DNA of 63,333 nucleotides, counting the filler, from Cercozoa sp. M6MM (lineage: Eukaryota > Protista > Endomyxa: Ascetosporea), in the NCBI GenBank assembly GCA_040357565.1. It is 12 parts of 12 records of this genome, joined end to end, with 100 filler letters (N's around TTAATTAATTAA, not from the genome) between each part and the next. Parts side by side here need not be neighbours in the genome. Positions count along the whole stretch, not along the records: positions 1 to 4,541 come from JBDODJ010001114.1; positions 4,642 to 13,865 come from JBDODJ010000493.1; 10 more parts are not named here. The stretch is one strand, 5' to 3'. The first letter of the stretch is position 1; the number at the start of each line of letters is the position of its first letter. The notes beneath the pieces are model-generated. The model was not told the origin of the DNA and did not search any database. It saw nothing but the letters and a program-made list of their open reading frames with translations. Shown piece after piece: positions 1 through 12,493 of the stretch. The position numbers and the translations under genes are program-made.

Positions 1-489
1 TCTTGGAGGAAGAGTGGCCAAGTGTCAGTTTGAAAGAGTGAGTTACCCCAACGGTTCAGTTGGGCGGCAAAGCACTTGTGGTGGACGGGACAGTCACCCG
101 TCAGATGGGAACTGTAGAAAGGACAGTCAGTATAAAGGGTCCTTGAGACGGAAAGGCGTCGTGAGAACTGAGTAGTGAGGATTCAGAAGTACTTGAGTTG
201 GAAGTAAAGAAAAGAAGGGCCCCTGGAAAGGCAGAGGACAGGTAGAAGCGAACAACTGGTCCTGGAGAGATCAGATTACCTGGTCGAGAGAGAGCCCTTC
301 TTTGAGTTCAGCTGCAAAAAGCTTGCTCAAGGCTTCCCTACTCAAACACAGGTGTTCCACAGTCTGGACTGAAGCTCTCAGTAGGTCAGGATACCAGCGA
401 ACACACGTCAAAATCTACCACACCTCTTTTGAGGATTTTTTAAGTTGTAGGGTTGCTTCCGCGCGGATACAGTAGTTCATGCTGTAACA
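1..489. mobile_element. LTR family A copy, cut at the window start
   Basis: Colinear and highly similar to 40403-40860 and 24948-25301; ends in ...GCTGTAACA at 489 like the full copy at 40327-40860. Confidence 0.8.
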
Positions 490-754
490 TAGATGTTTCT
501 GAGGGTAGATTAAGTTGTTAGGAGCTCAAAGCGTGCTTTTTCTCTGCGACACGCCGTGCGACAGACCAGAAGTGCACGCAGCTGCCTTGAGTATACGGGG
601 CATGGTGGGATTTTTTGAGGCATAATCGAACCCCCCCCCCCTAACATCTACCCCATAACCCTTAACCCCGCCTTTCTCCCCTCTGCTCCTTAGCTCCTAC
701 TTGTAACCCCCCCTAACGCCTCGAAAAATTATACCCAACGGGGCGGTAGGATCC

Positions 755-913
755 TGTGACTGGCGGTTGTCTGTGAAAAGAGCTAAATCAAAGAAATAAG
801 CCGTCAATTAGACGAAGCGAGCCTCGCCTGAGGAATCAAATGATTCAGCCAGAATTACGTCTGGGTTCATCCCCCGTGAAGGCTAACTAACGAATCTGAG
901 TCGGTCTGTAACA
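755..913. mobile_element. Short TG..CA element (solo-LTR/TRIM-like, family B)
   Basis: TGTGAC...GTAACA termini flanked by ATCC on both sides (751-754, 914-917); a diverged inverted copy lies at ~37935-38080. Confidence 0.55.
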
Positions 914-980
914 ATCCCCCGTTAAGGCTAACGAAAGTTATTTCGGCCAGTTCATGTCAATTACGTTGCGTACCATACGT

Positions 981-3339
981 TTAGTACACGTACGGGATCA
1001 TGCGGTACGGCACGAGCTCGCAGTACTTGTCCTGTCCAACAAAACAGAACCCATAGCAACAGGAGGGGGGGGGGGACTTGGAGGGTGTTCAGTCGTACCC
1101 AGTCCTTGCCGTACTTCTCGCGGCAGTGCTCGTTGTCGCGCGCCTCACGGTGCAGCAGAAGCATCGTGCTAAAAACAAAGCAAACACTGGTTCATCGAAA
1201 ACCCGATCATCGTAGGATTGAAGACAGTGGTACAAGTAGATCGGGTAGAAGTAGGCCAGCAGGCACGGGCCGGCCGGGAGGGACATGCCAAGTGCCATGA
1301 GAATGTCGCCCGTGTAGTTCATGTGGCGTGCAATACCCTGTGCCAGACACTGGCATACGGAAACTGTTTTGCACAAGCGTGAGTTATCAGTACCCAGTAG
1401 CCACTCAGCAGCAACTTAGTGCCACGCTTGGTCTGCAGGAACTTGGCAGGCTCGCCCTACAGCAAATCACATGCATGGAGCGTGATTTTGCAAGGTGGCA
1501 AAGTTACCCAAATTTTCGCCTTTTCGCCGGCACCCCAGCGGAACTCGTGTTTCTGCGAGTTGGCTCTGCCCCGCAAAAAAAAAAACACACATTTGCTCAG
1601 ACACCAAAAGCGCAGCATAACATACCCATTGAAGATGCGCCAGCCGAGAACGAACGAGATCACGCCAGCGACGCTGTACCTGCATTTTTTTGCAAAAGAG
1701 TCACGTCACAGCCACGTCACAGAAAAATGCAAAAAAGGGACTCAGTCGTTGTAGCCAGTAGTTATACCAGACAGAGGGCTGCAGTTCGGTAGCAGTGCGA
1801 GCCAGCAGGTGCGACTGCAGTGTGTACATGAATGGCACCCAGCAGAGGTCGCCAAACGTGAGCATGAAGCCAAACTTTTCGGTGATGATGTCCATCATGG
1901 ACAGCACGTTGCTCTCGTAGTAAAAGTAAACGGCCACGTAGAAACCTTGCAGCAGCGAGATCGTGAGCAGCGGCACCAAGTTCTACCAAGTCGGCCACAC
2001 AGAGTTAGTTTTCAGCTGGTAAAATACAAAAATAAACCAATACCTCAGCACCGTAGTGATCCATGTGCCAAAGCAAGGCCGAGAAATTCAACAGCGACCA
2101 CAGAATCAGACCAGGACGACCTGTACCCCACAGACAGTACCAAGTAGTACATGAGGTAGTACATCAAGTACTTGTACACAAGGTTGTTCACACAGGAGGC
2201 AGGTACCCTCGCAGAAGAACTTCCAGTCCACTTCGAATCGCTGAATGCCGAACAGCTTGCTGCGTGGGTTCAATTCGGCGCCCATCCTGAAGGGGGGGGG
2301 GGGGGTAGAGGAGGGGTTAAAGTCAGGGTTACAGAAGTCAGGGTTAAAGAAGTCAAGGAGGGGAGGTACCAGAAATCCTGGGCCACGCTGAGGTGACACA
2401 CACCTACACAACCACAGGGTAACGCGGGGGGGGGGGGGAACGAAGGAGTGAGAAGGGATAAAACATGTGAGCAAAAGGAGGTACCCTTAGCATAGGCACG
2501 CAAGTAGAGCCACATGGCCAGCAGCACGGCCAGCACCAACGCCGACGACAGCAGACTGCCCGAGTGCTCGAACAGTGTCTGCAGCGGCAGCACATCCGTC
2601 ACGTGCAGGCCACCTGGGGGGGGGGGGGGTAAAGTGGATGGGGTAAAGAATAAATGGTGTGGAGGTATGCGAAGTAAAGGAACAGGGGGGTAAGAACACA
2701 CCAGCCAGCAGGTAGGTGGCACAGAAGGCATGCCAGCCATTGAGTCGGTACTTGAGTCGGCCACCCTCAGCCAAAGGCATACCTTCCACCACCTGGCCAG
2801 TTAAGGGAGGGTAAAGAGAGCATAGAGCAAAGAGAGAAAGAGGTAAAAGAGCAAAAGGTAAAAGAGAAAGAGGTAAAAGAGCAAAGGGCAAAACGGTACC
2901 TTGCCAGGCAATGCAACAGCGAGCGCCAGTTGCAGCAGGAACCACGCCACGTACACCAGCACACCATAGGCTACACGGGGGGGGGGGGGGGTAACACCCC
3001 ATATGCAAGAGAAACAAGTCCTACCAGTCGGCTTGGTCAACAGAACGCTCGCCTGCAGTTTCTCCACGCTCGGAACGAGGTCCCTAAGCACCCAACAACT
3101 CGAGAAACAACCGACAACTGAAGCAACACAAAAGAGTACCAAATCTCAACGAGATCGCTCGACTTGGCAGCTTCACCCCACAGCCAGAACACGCACAGTG
3201 GCGTGAACAACGAGATCGCTAGTGTGCCCCATGGGCCGCTGCACGCCAGCAAAACGCATTCCCCAAGTTGGCTATGCCAAAAAACACTCGTGCATCAAAC
3301 GCACCCAAAGTCCTTCGACTCCAGCTTCTGTGACTTCAT
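981..3339 (-). CDS. ERG24: Delta(14)-sterol reductase (ERG24/TM7SF2/LBR family), multi-exon, complete
   Basis: Spliced exons give MKSQKLESKDFGGPWG..., [93 protein letters not shown]; all introns GT-AG. Confidence 0.92.
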
Positions 3340-3586
3340 GCTAGGCCTGCACCGACACAAAGTTTGCGAAAAGTTGTTTCGTCGACGGGCCGGTGGCTAC
3401 AGGCGACAGGCAAAATAACAAATTATGGGCTCAACACACCGGCTCACCAACAATGTATGTTGGTAACAGCACACACTTTGCGCACGTGTGTGTGGTTGTT
3501 ACGCTCGTAACACTGGCACTATTGCCGTATGATTTGAGTCTTGTTCTGGACCTGAAATCCAATAATGTGGTTTGGTTGCAGACAAA

Positions 3587-4476
3587 ATGGACACGGCGGC
3601 GGTGGAGCGCGCCGCCATTGAGTTTCTGCGGCGCCGTGGATTCAGCGTTGACCTGCCTGATGAGACTAAAGGTACTAAATGTTTGGCCGTCTTCGCTGCA
3701 ATCAAGTTGGTGTCAACTCAGAGGGAGCTTCCGCGCGGAGCGAAATCGAAGCTCTGCGTCAGGTTTTACAGTCAGCAAAGCCCGACGTAAAACGCGAGTC
3801 AGAGCGTAGCGACACTGTGCCTGGAACCTGGCAAGTATCGCTTCATGCGTTTTGCCATTTTGCGGATCGCTCACTTCCTGGGGTGAGTTGAGCTCGAAAG
3901 TTTCGCTTCGCCATTCGAAATTTCGCCATTTGGAGTGTTGCTTTGTCAAAATGTCGCGAGCTTAATGTTAAAATTGAACAGGTGCGAGAGGAACTGGACG
4001 CGCTCAAAGTGCCGATTTGCGTCGCATTTCTGCAGGAAATGCTGCGATCTGACGAGCAAGAGGACCGCGTCGCTGCTGGTGTTTTGTTCGACTGCGAGTT
4101 GTAGCATTTCGTTTCTCCTTGTTTTTTCTTTGCTTTTGAGTTTCTTTGTTTTGTGTTGCGAAAGAGTGAAATCGCTGCGAGAACGCTGCGACGCCGAAGC
4201 GTTGCGACAACTTGCGCCTGATGTGCTTTTTACCCCCCCCCCCCCCGCTTGACCCTCTTTACTACTTTTACCCCTTAGGTGAGAGGCGCAAGTTTGCGAA
4301 GAAACGAAACAGAACAGTCTCAGTCAGTGTCGGTTTCGCCAGGCACGTGGTAACTGAGGCAATCAAAAATAAATCAAGCAGAAGAAAAAGGGTATTTTTC
4401 AGGTCGTTGCTGCAACGGTTCGCGTCGGAATACGGCTGCGTTGCACACGTGCTCAATTCGCGATTACATGTGCTGG
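3587..4476 (+). CDS. TAF5/TAF5L-like N-terminal region (LisH-like + NTD2), 3'-truncated by contig end
   Basis: MDTAAVERAAIEFLRRRGF, VREELDALKVPICVAFLQEML and LLQRFASEYGCVAHVLNSRLHV resemble TAF5 N-terminal motifs; the WD40 part is not in the contig. Confidence 0.5.
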
Positions 4477-4585
4477 TGCCTTTACCCCCCTACCCCTACC
4501 CCTTTCTTACCTCCTACCCCTACCCCTTTCTTACCCCCTACNNNNNNNNNNNNNNNNNNNNNNNNNNNNNNNNNNNNNNNNNNNN

Positions 4586-4597
4586 TTAATTAATTAA
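4586..4597. other. Artificial contig spacer TTAATTAATTAA within N runs
   Basis: Six-frame stop linker; recurs at 13910, 29110, 32895, 37301, 41095, 45768, 50076, 54371, 60306 and 61926. Confidence 0.98.
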
Positions 4598-4721
4598 NNN
4601 NNNNNNNNNNNNNNNNNNNNNNNNNNNNNNNNNNNNNNNNNACACACACACACACACTCACTCACATACTACAAACAAAAACAACCACACAGATAGTTGG
4701 GGGAGACACGGGGGCAGCGTA

Positions 4722-4991
4722 CCCTTTCCACAGAGGCCGGGTCCAACACCGGCAGACGGTCGGCTAGTCGGCGCGCCGCCAGCAGGACTTCCTCGTCGCG
4801 AGGTAACTTGCCCTCCTCTACCTGAGTAGCACATATTCGTGACGTTGCTTGCAACGGAGCAAAGAGGGAGCGAAGTTGTTGCGCACCTGCTGCAGGTGCT
4901 CAGTGATTCGAGCTACGCGAAGCAACAGCGCTTGCAGTGCCTGCGTGGGACAGGATCATGATTAAAAACTGTGTGTGTGTGTGTATGTGTG

Positions 4992-5023
<32 letters not shown>

Positions 5024-5430
5024 CGTGTGTGTGCGTGTATGTGAGTGTGCGCGCGCGCGTGTGTGTGAATCCATACCTCGCGAAGCGGACGCAGGTGCCG
5101 CGTCATCTTGCTGTGCTGTGCCGTGGTGCCGGCGTGATACACCGACTGCGCCACGTGCTCCGTGCAGATGCGTTCAGCATCGTCTGCAACGACGGAGAAC
5201 ACCTGTGGTTCCATACTTGTGCGCACGTTGCCGTCCACGTTGCGCACAATCTGCCCACCAGTATGTGTGTTGTTGTTGTTGTGTGTGTATGTGTGTGTCA
5301 ACTCTCACACAGTAAGTCTCACATGCACACACAAGCACGTACCTGCTCGTACAGCTTGATGGGCAAATCCACGTCGAGTCCATCGTCGTCTGCGTCCTTC
5401 GTTGTGTCTGTACAATGGACGCACCGTACA

Positions 5431-5485
<55 letters not shown>

Positions 5486-6215
5486 CGAGTAGTACCAGGA
5501 AGGGTGGGTCGCGGGTCCAGAAGCAGCAGCAGCGGCGACTCGGAGAAGCGCTGGCGACACAGGCGGTACAGCGACATCAGCTGCTCCGGCACGCCGTCGA
5601 TGGCGCCCGTGGCGTACAAGCCGAGAACCTGAAAGGTGCTCTCAGACTTCACACAGAGTGCAGAGAAAAAGGGAACTACAAAGTACCTCGTGCTGCGGAA
5701 ACACCTCCTTGTACAACTGCACATCTGTCGTGAGTGCCTCCTCGTCAGCCACGAGCTGTCCGCTTTCAGACACGGTGAAACTCACCTACAATAACAGACA
5801 CATGCCGGTGCCACTCGCTACTTTCACAGCAAGAATCAGGAGGCACACCTCGAAACTGTCAGCAACGTTGGCGATGGCGCCTTCCTGGGTGCCAAACAGC
5901 GCACCGACCTACACAGTGCGGCTCAGGTTAATGCATCGACAGGCACAGTGTGATCGAGCGTACCACAACGTGCCCACGTTCGTGAAACAACTGCTTGGGC
6001 GATGTCAGGTTCGGGTTGCTGCACCACAGAGAATGGTTTGTTGGCCTTTTTGTGCCAGAAAAAGCAAGAAAAGCCTCATTCATAGAATCCAAAATGCAAA
6101 CAAGGCAGTGTAGACACTGTCCTATTTAGACTACACGCGTTCGCTACCGTCTAGCATGGTGATCAGCGATGTTGAGGACCACGAGCGGGTGAATCTTAGC
6201 TCTAACCTCGCTCAT
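4722..6215 (-). CDS. COPS6: COP9 signalosome subunit 6 (MPN domain), 3'-truncated
   Basis: MSEVRAKIHPLVVLNIADHH, VGALFGTQEG...ADSFE, FQVLGLYATG, ESPLLLLLDP, ADDAERICTEHVA, EVLLAARRLADRLPVL. Confidence 0.85.
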
Positions 6216-6528
6216 AGTGCTGCTGACGGTAGTAACACAGGTGGAGTATGTTGTCTTGGCGGTCAGAGCTTAAGGCAGTCTGCCATTGAGAAGGCGACAT
6301 CCCAAACAAAAAGAAAACATTATACAATGTAGCCTGGAATTTCTGACCTGCGAATGGAGAGTCTGTTAATTAACTCAAATCAGCGCAATTTCAATCACCT
6401 CACTTATGGTACATACCAGGTAGAAAACATCGATAACAATTATTAAATAATAATATTCTAATGCAAGCGGGAGGGCATTAGGAACCACAGTGCGCGTAGT
6501 CGCGGTTTCACTAGGTGTACTGTCCGCT

Positions 6529-7842
6529 ATGTTGCCACGATCGCTGCTTGGTGCATCCGCGCGGATGCCGTTTTCTGCGCTGGCGCGCCGCTGGCTGTCG
6601 ATGACGCCTGCAGAACGTGACCAGAAGACGTACGAACTCACGATGCAGGGCCACAATCTTCTTGATGGTCCTGAACCGGGCAAGGCGCTCAAGTTTTACT
6701 CCGAAGCCGTGAGTATTAACACAGCGGTAAGACTTCGTTCTTCGACTGCCTCCTTGGATCTCTGTCCTGTCTGTGTCCTTCAGGAAGAGGGAAACGAGAC
6801 ACAGTACCTGGTGGACCAAAAAGAGATGGCATCTCTTTTGGTCAATCGTGGCATTGCTAACGTGCGCTGCGAGCTCTGGTATTGTGCATCTTCCAAGAAA
6901 AACAGTGCCAAACAGCTGCTCATGCAGGTCCAATGCTCGCAAGGACGGCCTGCGTGCCCTGCAGCTCGACTATGAGAACATTGACGCCCATCTTGTGGCA
7001 GGGTATTAAGCTTACCAACATGAGGCGAGGTGGCTGTAAAGGCGTATCTTTCGCGTGTAGCTGGGCCCTCATGAAGCAGGAGCAGTATGATGACGCCGAA
7101 TACCACCTACAGAAGGCGTCTAGCTTGCCAATGTCCAAGTCACTGCTGTCTGAGTGTTTGCTTCTGTCGGCCAATCATGTAGCCTACACTCAGTGCTTTT
7201 CTCAAGTGGAGACTTGCACGCTACGTTTCGTTTCGTTTTCATGCAGCAAATCCACACGGCCGACGATCTGAACCGCAAGCAGATCATGAAGAAGGTCATC
7301 CGACAGATGGACCGTGCACTCAAGCTTACGCCGGTAGCTTTTCTCTGCTGTTCATATTGTGTACGTACTTATGTATGTATGTGTGTGTCTGTACTTAGGA
7401 AAACGCTTGGCTGTTCGCAACGCGGGCCACGGCGCGATTGCACGCGGCCACCTCGGTTGAGAACGAGGAGGCACACATGCTTCGTGTCATGTCCGACTGC
7501 GACGAGGCGCTGGCACGGCAGTCCGACTGTTTGCAAGCACTCATGACACGTGCTGTTGCGTGCTTTGCTTTGGCTCGATATGATGAAGTACGGCAACTTC
7601 TTGTGGAGTGATTGTCCTTTTACATGTGCTGTCTATTTGAAGGCGCTCGCAAACGCGAACGAGATCTTGTCGCATGACCCGCAGAACTACGATGCTCTGG
7701 ACTTTATTCGCACCGGTACTATGCCCCCCCCCCGTGTACTGTTGTTGGCATGGACGCATCACTCACTGTCATGCTTGCAGTGCGTACACATCGGCAGAAG
7801 GAGCAAGACAAGAAGGAGGCCGCACAAAGGCAGCTGGAGTAA
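6529..7842 (+). CDS. TPR-repeat protein with mitochondrial-type presequence
   Basis: Arg/Ser/Ala-rich N-terminus (MLPRSLLGASARMPFSALARRWLS); TPR-like ALKFYSEAVSIN, LLVNRGIA, ALQLDYENIDAH, ALANANEILSHDPQNYDAL across GT-AG exons. Confidence 0.7.
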
Positions 7843-7914
7843 TCGAGAGGTTTATCGGAACATCGACTTTTGCGTTGTTCCGTGACGAACTAGTATCGTA
7901 TACTATTTCTTTGC

Positions 7915-8830
7915 AGTAGTTAGTCTGTTGAGTCTACTCAGAAACCAACTATGTAGTTCCCCTGTACCTGTCCTGGAATGGGTCACAAGCGCATAGCCGC
8001 AGTTCACAGCTTGCTTAGGGTTGGCCATCCAACTACCCGTTTGAAGTTCCCCCGGACATCTTCTTCAAGGTTGGTACAGGTGGCGGGCTGGGTAGGAGAA
8101 GTCATCGGCGTCGGCGTCTCGCGACTCGTTGTCGTCTGTCGAGTCGTTTCGTTGCCTGTCGCTCTCCTGCCTAACCAAACACGCACAGGCTGTTGGTGGT
8201 GGCTTTCTCTTTAAACCACTCTCGTGATGACATGCAGGTGCTCCAGGTTGCCGGTATTCTCGGGCTTGCTCAGTCTGTCTTTGATTTGTGCGGGTACGTC
8301 ATCAGTTCTTTTGATTCGTCGCATTCTTTCCAGCATTTCTCTTCGTCGTCTGCGCTTGCTTTTCGTTCTTCCTTGTTCCTGCACGCTTAAGTTTACAGCA
8401 GTCATTGCTTGACCCGTCCTCGTGGAGGTCTTGACCGCGTCTCGAGCAAGAAAAGAGGATTGAAAGAAGTTTCTGAGTGTTTTGGCTTGGTACCTTGCTC
8501 AGAGACCTATCTACTGACTCAGTGGATTGCTGTTGCTCTAGATCTTGACTGGAAGAGTCCTTGCAGAAAGCTCCGTCACGGCTTCCGCCTGGTCAGTGGC
8601 TCAGTGGCTGGTTCCATTCCACTCGCTTCGTCGTGTGTTCACAGGCGGAGCTTTTCTTTAACGCATTGTGACCAAGGACGTCTTCCTTCGGTCGAGATCC
8701 ACGCCAGTGGATCACTTCGAGACCCAGTAGGGGTATTTCATCTCAAGTTCAACGTTGACGCAACTGAGCGGCGACTCAGCTAGCTGAATGATGTCTGTAG
8801 GTATCGAACGGGAATCGCTAGCAAAGGATG
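7915..8830 (-). mobile_element. Degenerate non-LTR retroelement-like sequence ending in the structured repeat with (ACTA)-type tail
   Basis: 7915-8050 matches 56064-56210; upstream are broken A-rich frames, with IKDRLSKPENTGNLEHLH weakly resembling IEDILANPENLATLNRMH of the LINE ORF at 28010-28897. The 5' boundary is approximate. Confidence 0.4.
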
Positions 8831-8960
8831 TTACTGCGGCACAACGTATTCCATATCTTGTTAGCTAGTTAAATCGTCAGCAGTACCGTCGCATACTATG
8901 TATGCCGTGCCTGATATTGACAGAACTAGCGTGGAGGACGCGGCCAAGGCGATTGGATGA

Positions 8961-10199
8961 TCATCGACGCCGCCGTCTCTTGTTCTTCTGTTTGGTAGCA
9001 GCCTTGTTGCCCTTGGAGTGCACGCCTTTCTTGTCGTTTTGCTTGTTGCCTCGCAGCGCAGCCATGAGGATGTCTTGCTCGTCGCCGGCATCGTCGTCGT
9101 TGGCGGCACCTTCGTCGTTGTTCGACTTGCTCGCGACAAAGGCGACGGTTTCAAACTCCTGTGAAACGCGCACAGATACCTCATCGAAAGGTCGAGGGAC
9201 AGACCAAAAGCAGGTACCGTGCCATCGTCAAGCTCCTGTGCAGTGACGCAATGCGCCTCCTTGTCCTTCAGCTTCTGTGCCTTGGTGTCTTCGTCCTCGT
9301 CCTCTTCGCCGTCCTCGTAAGCGTCCTCAAAGTGCGCCGGAGACGGAACAGACTCGTTCTTGTCGTTGTTCTTCTTGACGACAGTGGCCTCGCTTTTGTT
9401 CTCTTCGGCAGCAGTGTCGGACTCGGCGTCTTTGTCAAAGAAACTGAACTCGGCGACTTCGCTCACGTCGACCTCGGGAGAAATATCGGGTCGTGCACGC
9501 TTTCCGCGCACCTTGAGCAGGTTCTGGTATCTCCTGTGACACATACTCAACGTGCACACACATATGTAATACGTACAGGCACAAAGGAGTTCGAGTAACT
9601 GAAAGGCACCGTCCGGAAACATGAGCACGGATCTCACTGGTATCGTTGTTCAACATGCGTTTCGTCAGCTTGCAGTACACGCTGCGAACAAGGCCAAGCT
9701 ATACAACGTACACAAACAAAAATGAGTGCACGTTACAAGAGGTGTCGCTTGTTTGGATCCCTGTGGGGAACAATGTACTTGTACTCGGGTTGCGACAGGT
9801 CAATGTCATCTTGCTGCTCACGCTGCATGGCCTTCTTGTAGCGACGACTTTGGACCAACTGCTGGACCTTCAGGGAGCAACAAGTTCAGGTTTAGCGCAC
9901 AAGAGATAAAAAGGGGAGTACAGCAGCTAGTGTCGCCACAAACTCATGTTGCAGGGGACCGAATCTCAGCTTCTTGAAGTCGGGTACGAATGTGAAGTGC
10001 TTCTGCGCCTCTGGACTGTCAACGACACGCATACAACACGTGAGCAGAGGGAGAGAAATCTTGAACATACGAAACACCGGCTTTCGTCAGCAAAGCAACG
10101 GCTTCGCTTTCTGCTCGGGTAGGGACGCGTCAAACAATCGCCCTGGCAGGAAAACGACATGATACCACTCGCGGCTCGCGCGCAGCTATCTTTGGTCAT
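8961..10199 (-). CDS. SURF2: Surfeit locus protein 2
   Basis: KLRFGPLQHEF, VQSRRYKKA, YKYIVPHRDPNKRHL, YCKLTKRMLNNDTSEIRAHVSG...RYQNLL, then an acidic region and basic tail. Start codon tentative. Confidence 0.8.
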
Positions 10200-10410
10200 G
10201 CGCACTCTAGACGCAGTACTGCACACACCCCAGCAACTGGACTTGCTTTATATTAATACTAATACAGTACTGGTACCCTGTACACTGTACAGTTGTTTTA
10301 TTCCCGTCGGCTCAGTCCTGAGCCAAAACGTGCGATCACCAGATCAACGCAGTTGTTCATGTGCAGTTGTTAAACTTCAAGTTGTTCAACAGCTCCGTGC
10401 AAACGCAAAC

Positions 10411-11745
10411 ATGACGCAGACGGGTTATCGAGTGCTCGTGGTACTGTAACGTTTGTGCAAACTCAGTTTGTTTTCCCACCGTGTTGCTGTTTGGCCCCAT
10501 ATTTACCGAGGGACTGGGGTGTAGCAAAGCGACAACGCGTTTTCGACATTTAATTTCGAGGCGCTGAAAAAGCAGGTCGGTGCGCTAACAGGCACACCTG
10601 CGTCGTTTGATCCTCCGATCGAGTTTGTTCTGGACGCGGGAGGCATGCGAGCTCGGATAGCGACAACAAAAGGCGATAGCTTGGCACTTGTCGTGCTATC
10701 CAATAACGATACGCTCGCCGAAACTGTCGAACACGCGAAAATTAGAGGTCTAACAGTGATTTGGTAGGTCTTTCTTGCAAATTGGACAGGATCCCAGTAG
10801 TAGATTTGCCTGATGCGAATCACTGTCCACCTGTAGTTGCTCAACAAGCACAAGGTTGCAGCAGAGTGCTAGCATGGTGTTGCCAGCGTCATTCTTGCCA
10901 AATGCGGCAATTCAACCAAGCAACATTCCCGAAACAAACGAGTATGATTATCAAGTAAGTCACTGCCACCCCAATCAATTTAACTTCAATTTTATATCTT
11001 CTCTTGATGGTTCAGTTTTCGTCTTGTTCAAAGCAATTAGACCTACCGACCTCGCTCACCGACACGTCGATCACAGGCACAAGCAGTCGGCCGTCTTGCC
11101 GTAGGTCGATATCTCGTACCAGGTCTCAGTCTAAATTTAGCTCTCGGTTGGCGAGTCGATCAAGGTCGCGAGATCGATGTCACTCGAGGTCAGTGCGGCT
11201 AAGCAAACTACGAAAACGGTGGCGAGGCATCGACTCGAATGACGGCGAGTCAGACGCGATGCTGCGCGAGGAGTTCTTGCTGCACGAAAAATACGCCGCA
11301 TTCTCGCTGCAAAATCAGTCATGGGAAAGGCAGGATTTCAACGTCTTGTTGCTGTCACATGTGCTGCGGATAGAACGAAAAAACGAAGCCTGCGCCGAAA
11401 CTGATGTGAGTCAATACCTGTGCATGTAATGATTTGTATTTATTTAATGTTACGCGCTGAAATGTTCTTCCACAGACTGAAGTGACGGTGGAGCTGCTCA
11501 AAAAGCTCGAAAAGCTAGACGCTTCCCCGCTACGAGTTCGTCCATTTGCTCCGATACAGCACTCGCCTCGCCGATGCGCATTCCTGCTGTTCGAGAGTTA
11601 CGCACTGGCCTGTCGCTGCATGCGGTTTTTGAAAGTCGATGGAGAGACACTGTTTGCTGTTTTCGCATGCTTTGACACATTGCCGACTCGAATGCGGGTA
11701 AACAGGCTTTCTTGTGCTTTCGAACTCTTTGAAACATCGCAATGA
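10411..11745 (+). CDS. Hypothetical protein: degenerate NYN/PIN-like segment, RS-rich linker, C-terminal RRM-like region
   Basis: LVVLSNNDTLAETVEHAKIRGLTVIW resembles the NYN C-terminal strand-helix-strand; SRSRSRDR; CAFLLFESYALA resembles RNP1. Confidence 0.4.
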
Positions 11746-12291
11746 TAGGCTCGGGAGAGAAGAAGGTTGACTGGTGGTTTTCGGGTTCCACTTGACAAGA
11801 TAAGGCGCTTGCAAGACATTCACGGAGCTCTTCCATGCGTGGACCAGGAAGAAGTGCTGGCACGAGAGATTGGCCGTAGCGACGGGTACAAATACATATG
11901 CTAACCCAAGTGGCTGTGCTGCGATGTGAGGACTCGCCTCTTTTTGCTTTACGTAGTCCCGGCAAGTGGAACTTTAAAAACTCGATTTTGAACAAACACA
12001 CAAACCGACATCCAAAGGCAACCTAAAGGCAAAAACAAACCGACTGCCTGCGCTCATTCAAAACAGAAATCGAATGCAGAACCAACGAAAAATCCTCTGA
12101 CGTAAACCAGCAGCACGTTCGTTTATCTAAGCGAAAGCCACACCCATTTCTAATTTGCAATAGCCAGCCATTTGAGTCAGACCACTTTTGAGCACCAAGT
12201 GAACTCATGCACTTTAAAATTGAACCGAAAAACGATTCGCTCACGAACAACAGACAACAAGGTTCTTAACAAAAACACAAACAAAACTACA

Positions 12292-12341
12292 GGGCCATGC
12301 TCTTGTGACCCACCCAGACTGTCGCAGGGAACTCAACGAAC
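12292..12341 (+). repeat. Partial copy of the dispersed structured repeat
   Basis: GGCCATGCTCTTGTGACCCACCCAG...CAGGGAA matches 56114-56160. Confidence 0.6.
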
Positions 12342-12493
12342 AAAACAAAATTGAAAACAAAAAGCCGTTGTGTGATCATGATTGTTGGAACGCACTGCAG
12401 CAGAGCATATCCGACGATTATAGCCTGCCCAGGGTTGTGTCGTGTGAGTTCTCACACTCGTACACTCGCGCAGATCTAGATCAACTATCTGCT

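Noticed and set aside
4542-4641. Recurrent TTAATTAATTAA motif as a biological repeat
   Set aside because: Always embedded in N runs; it is an artificial six-frame-stop contig linker.
4971-5733. Long ORFs rich in CVCV, THTH, RERE or PYPT here and elsewhere
   Set aside because: They are translations of intronic microsatellites.
11750-12270. Possible small minus-strand gene
   Set aside because: No consistent exon chain or recognisable motif could be built.
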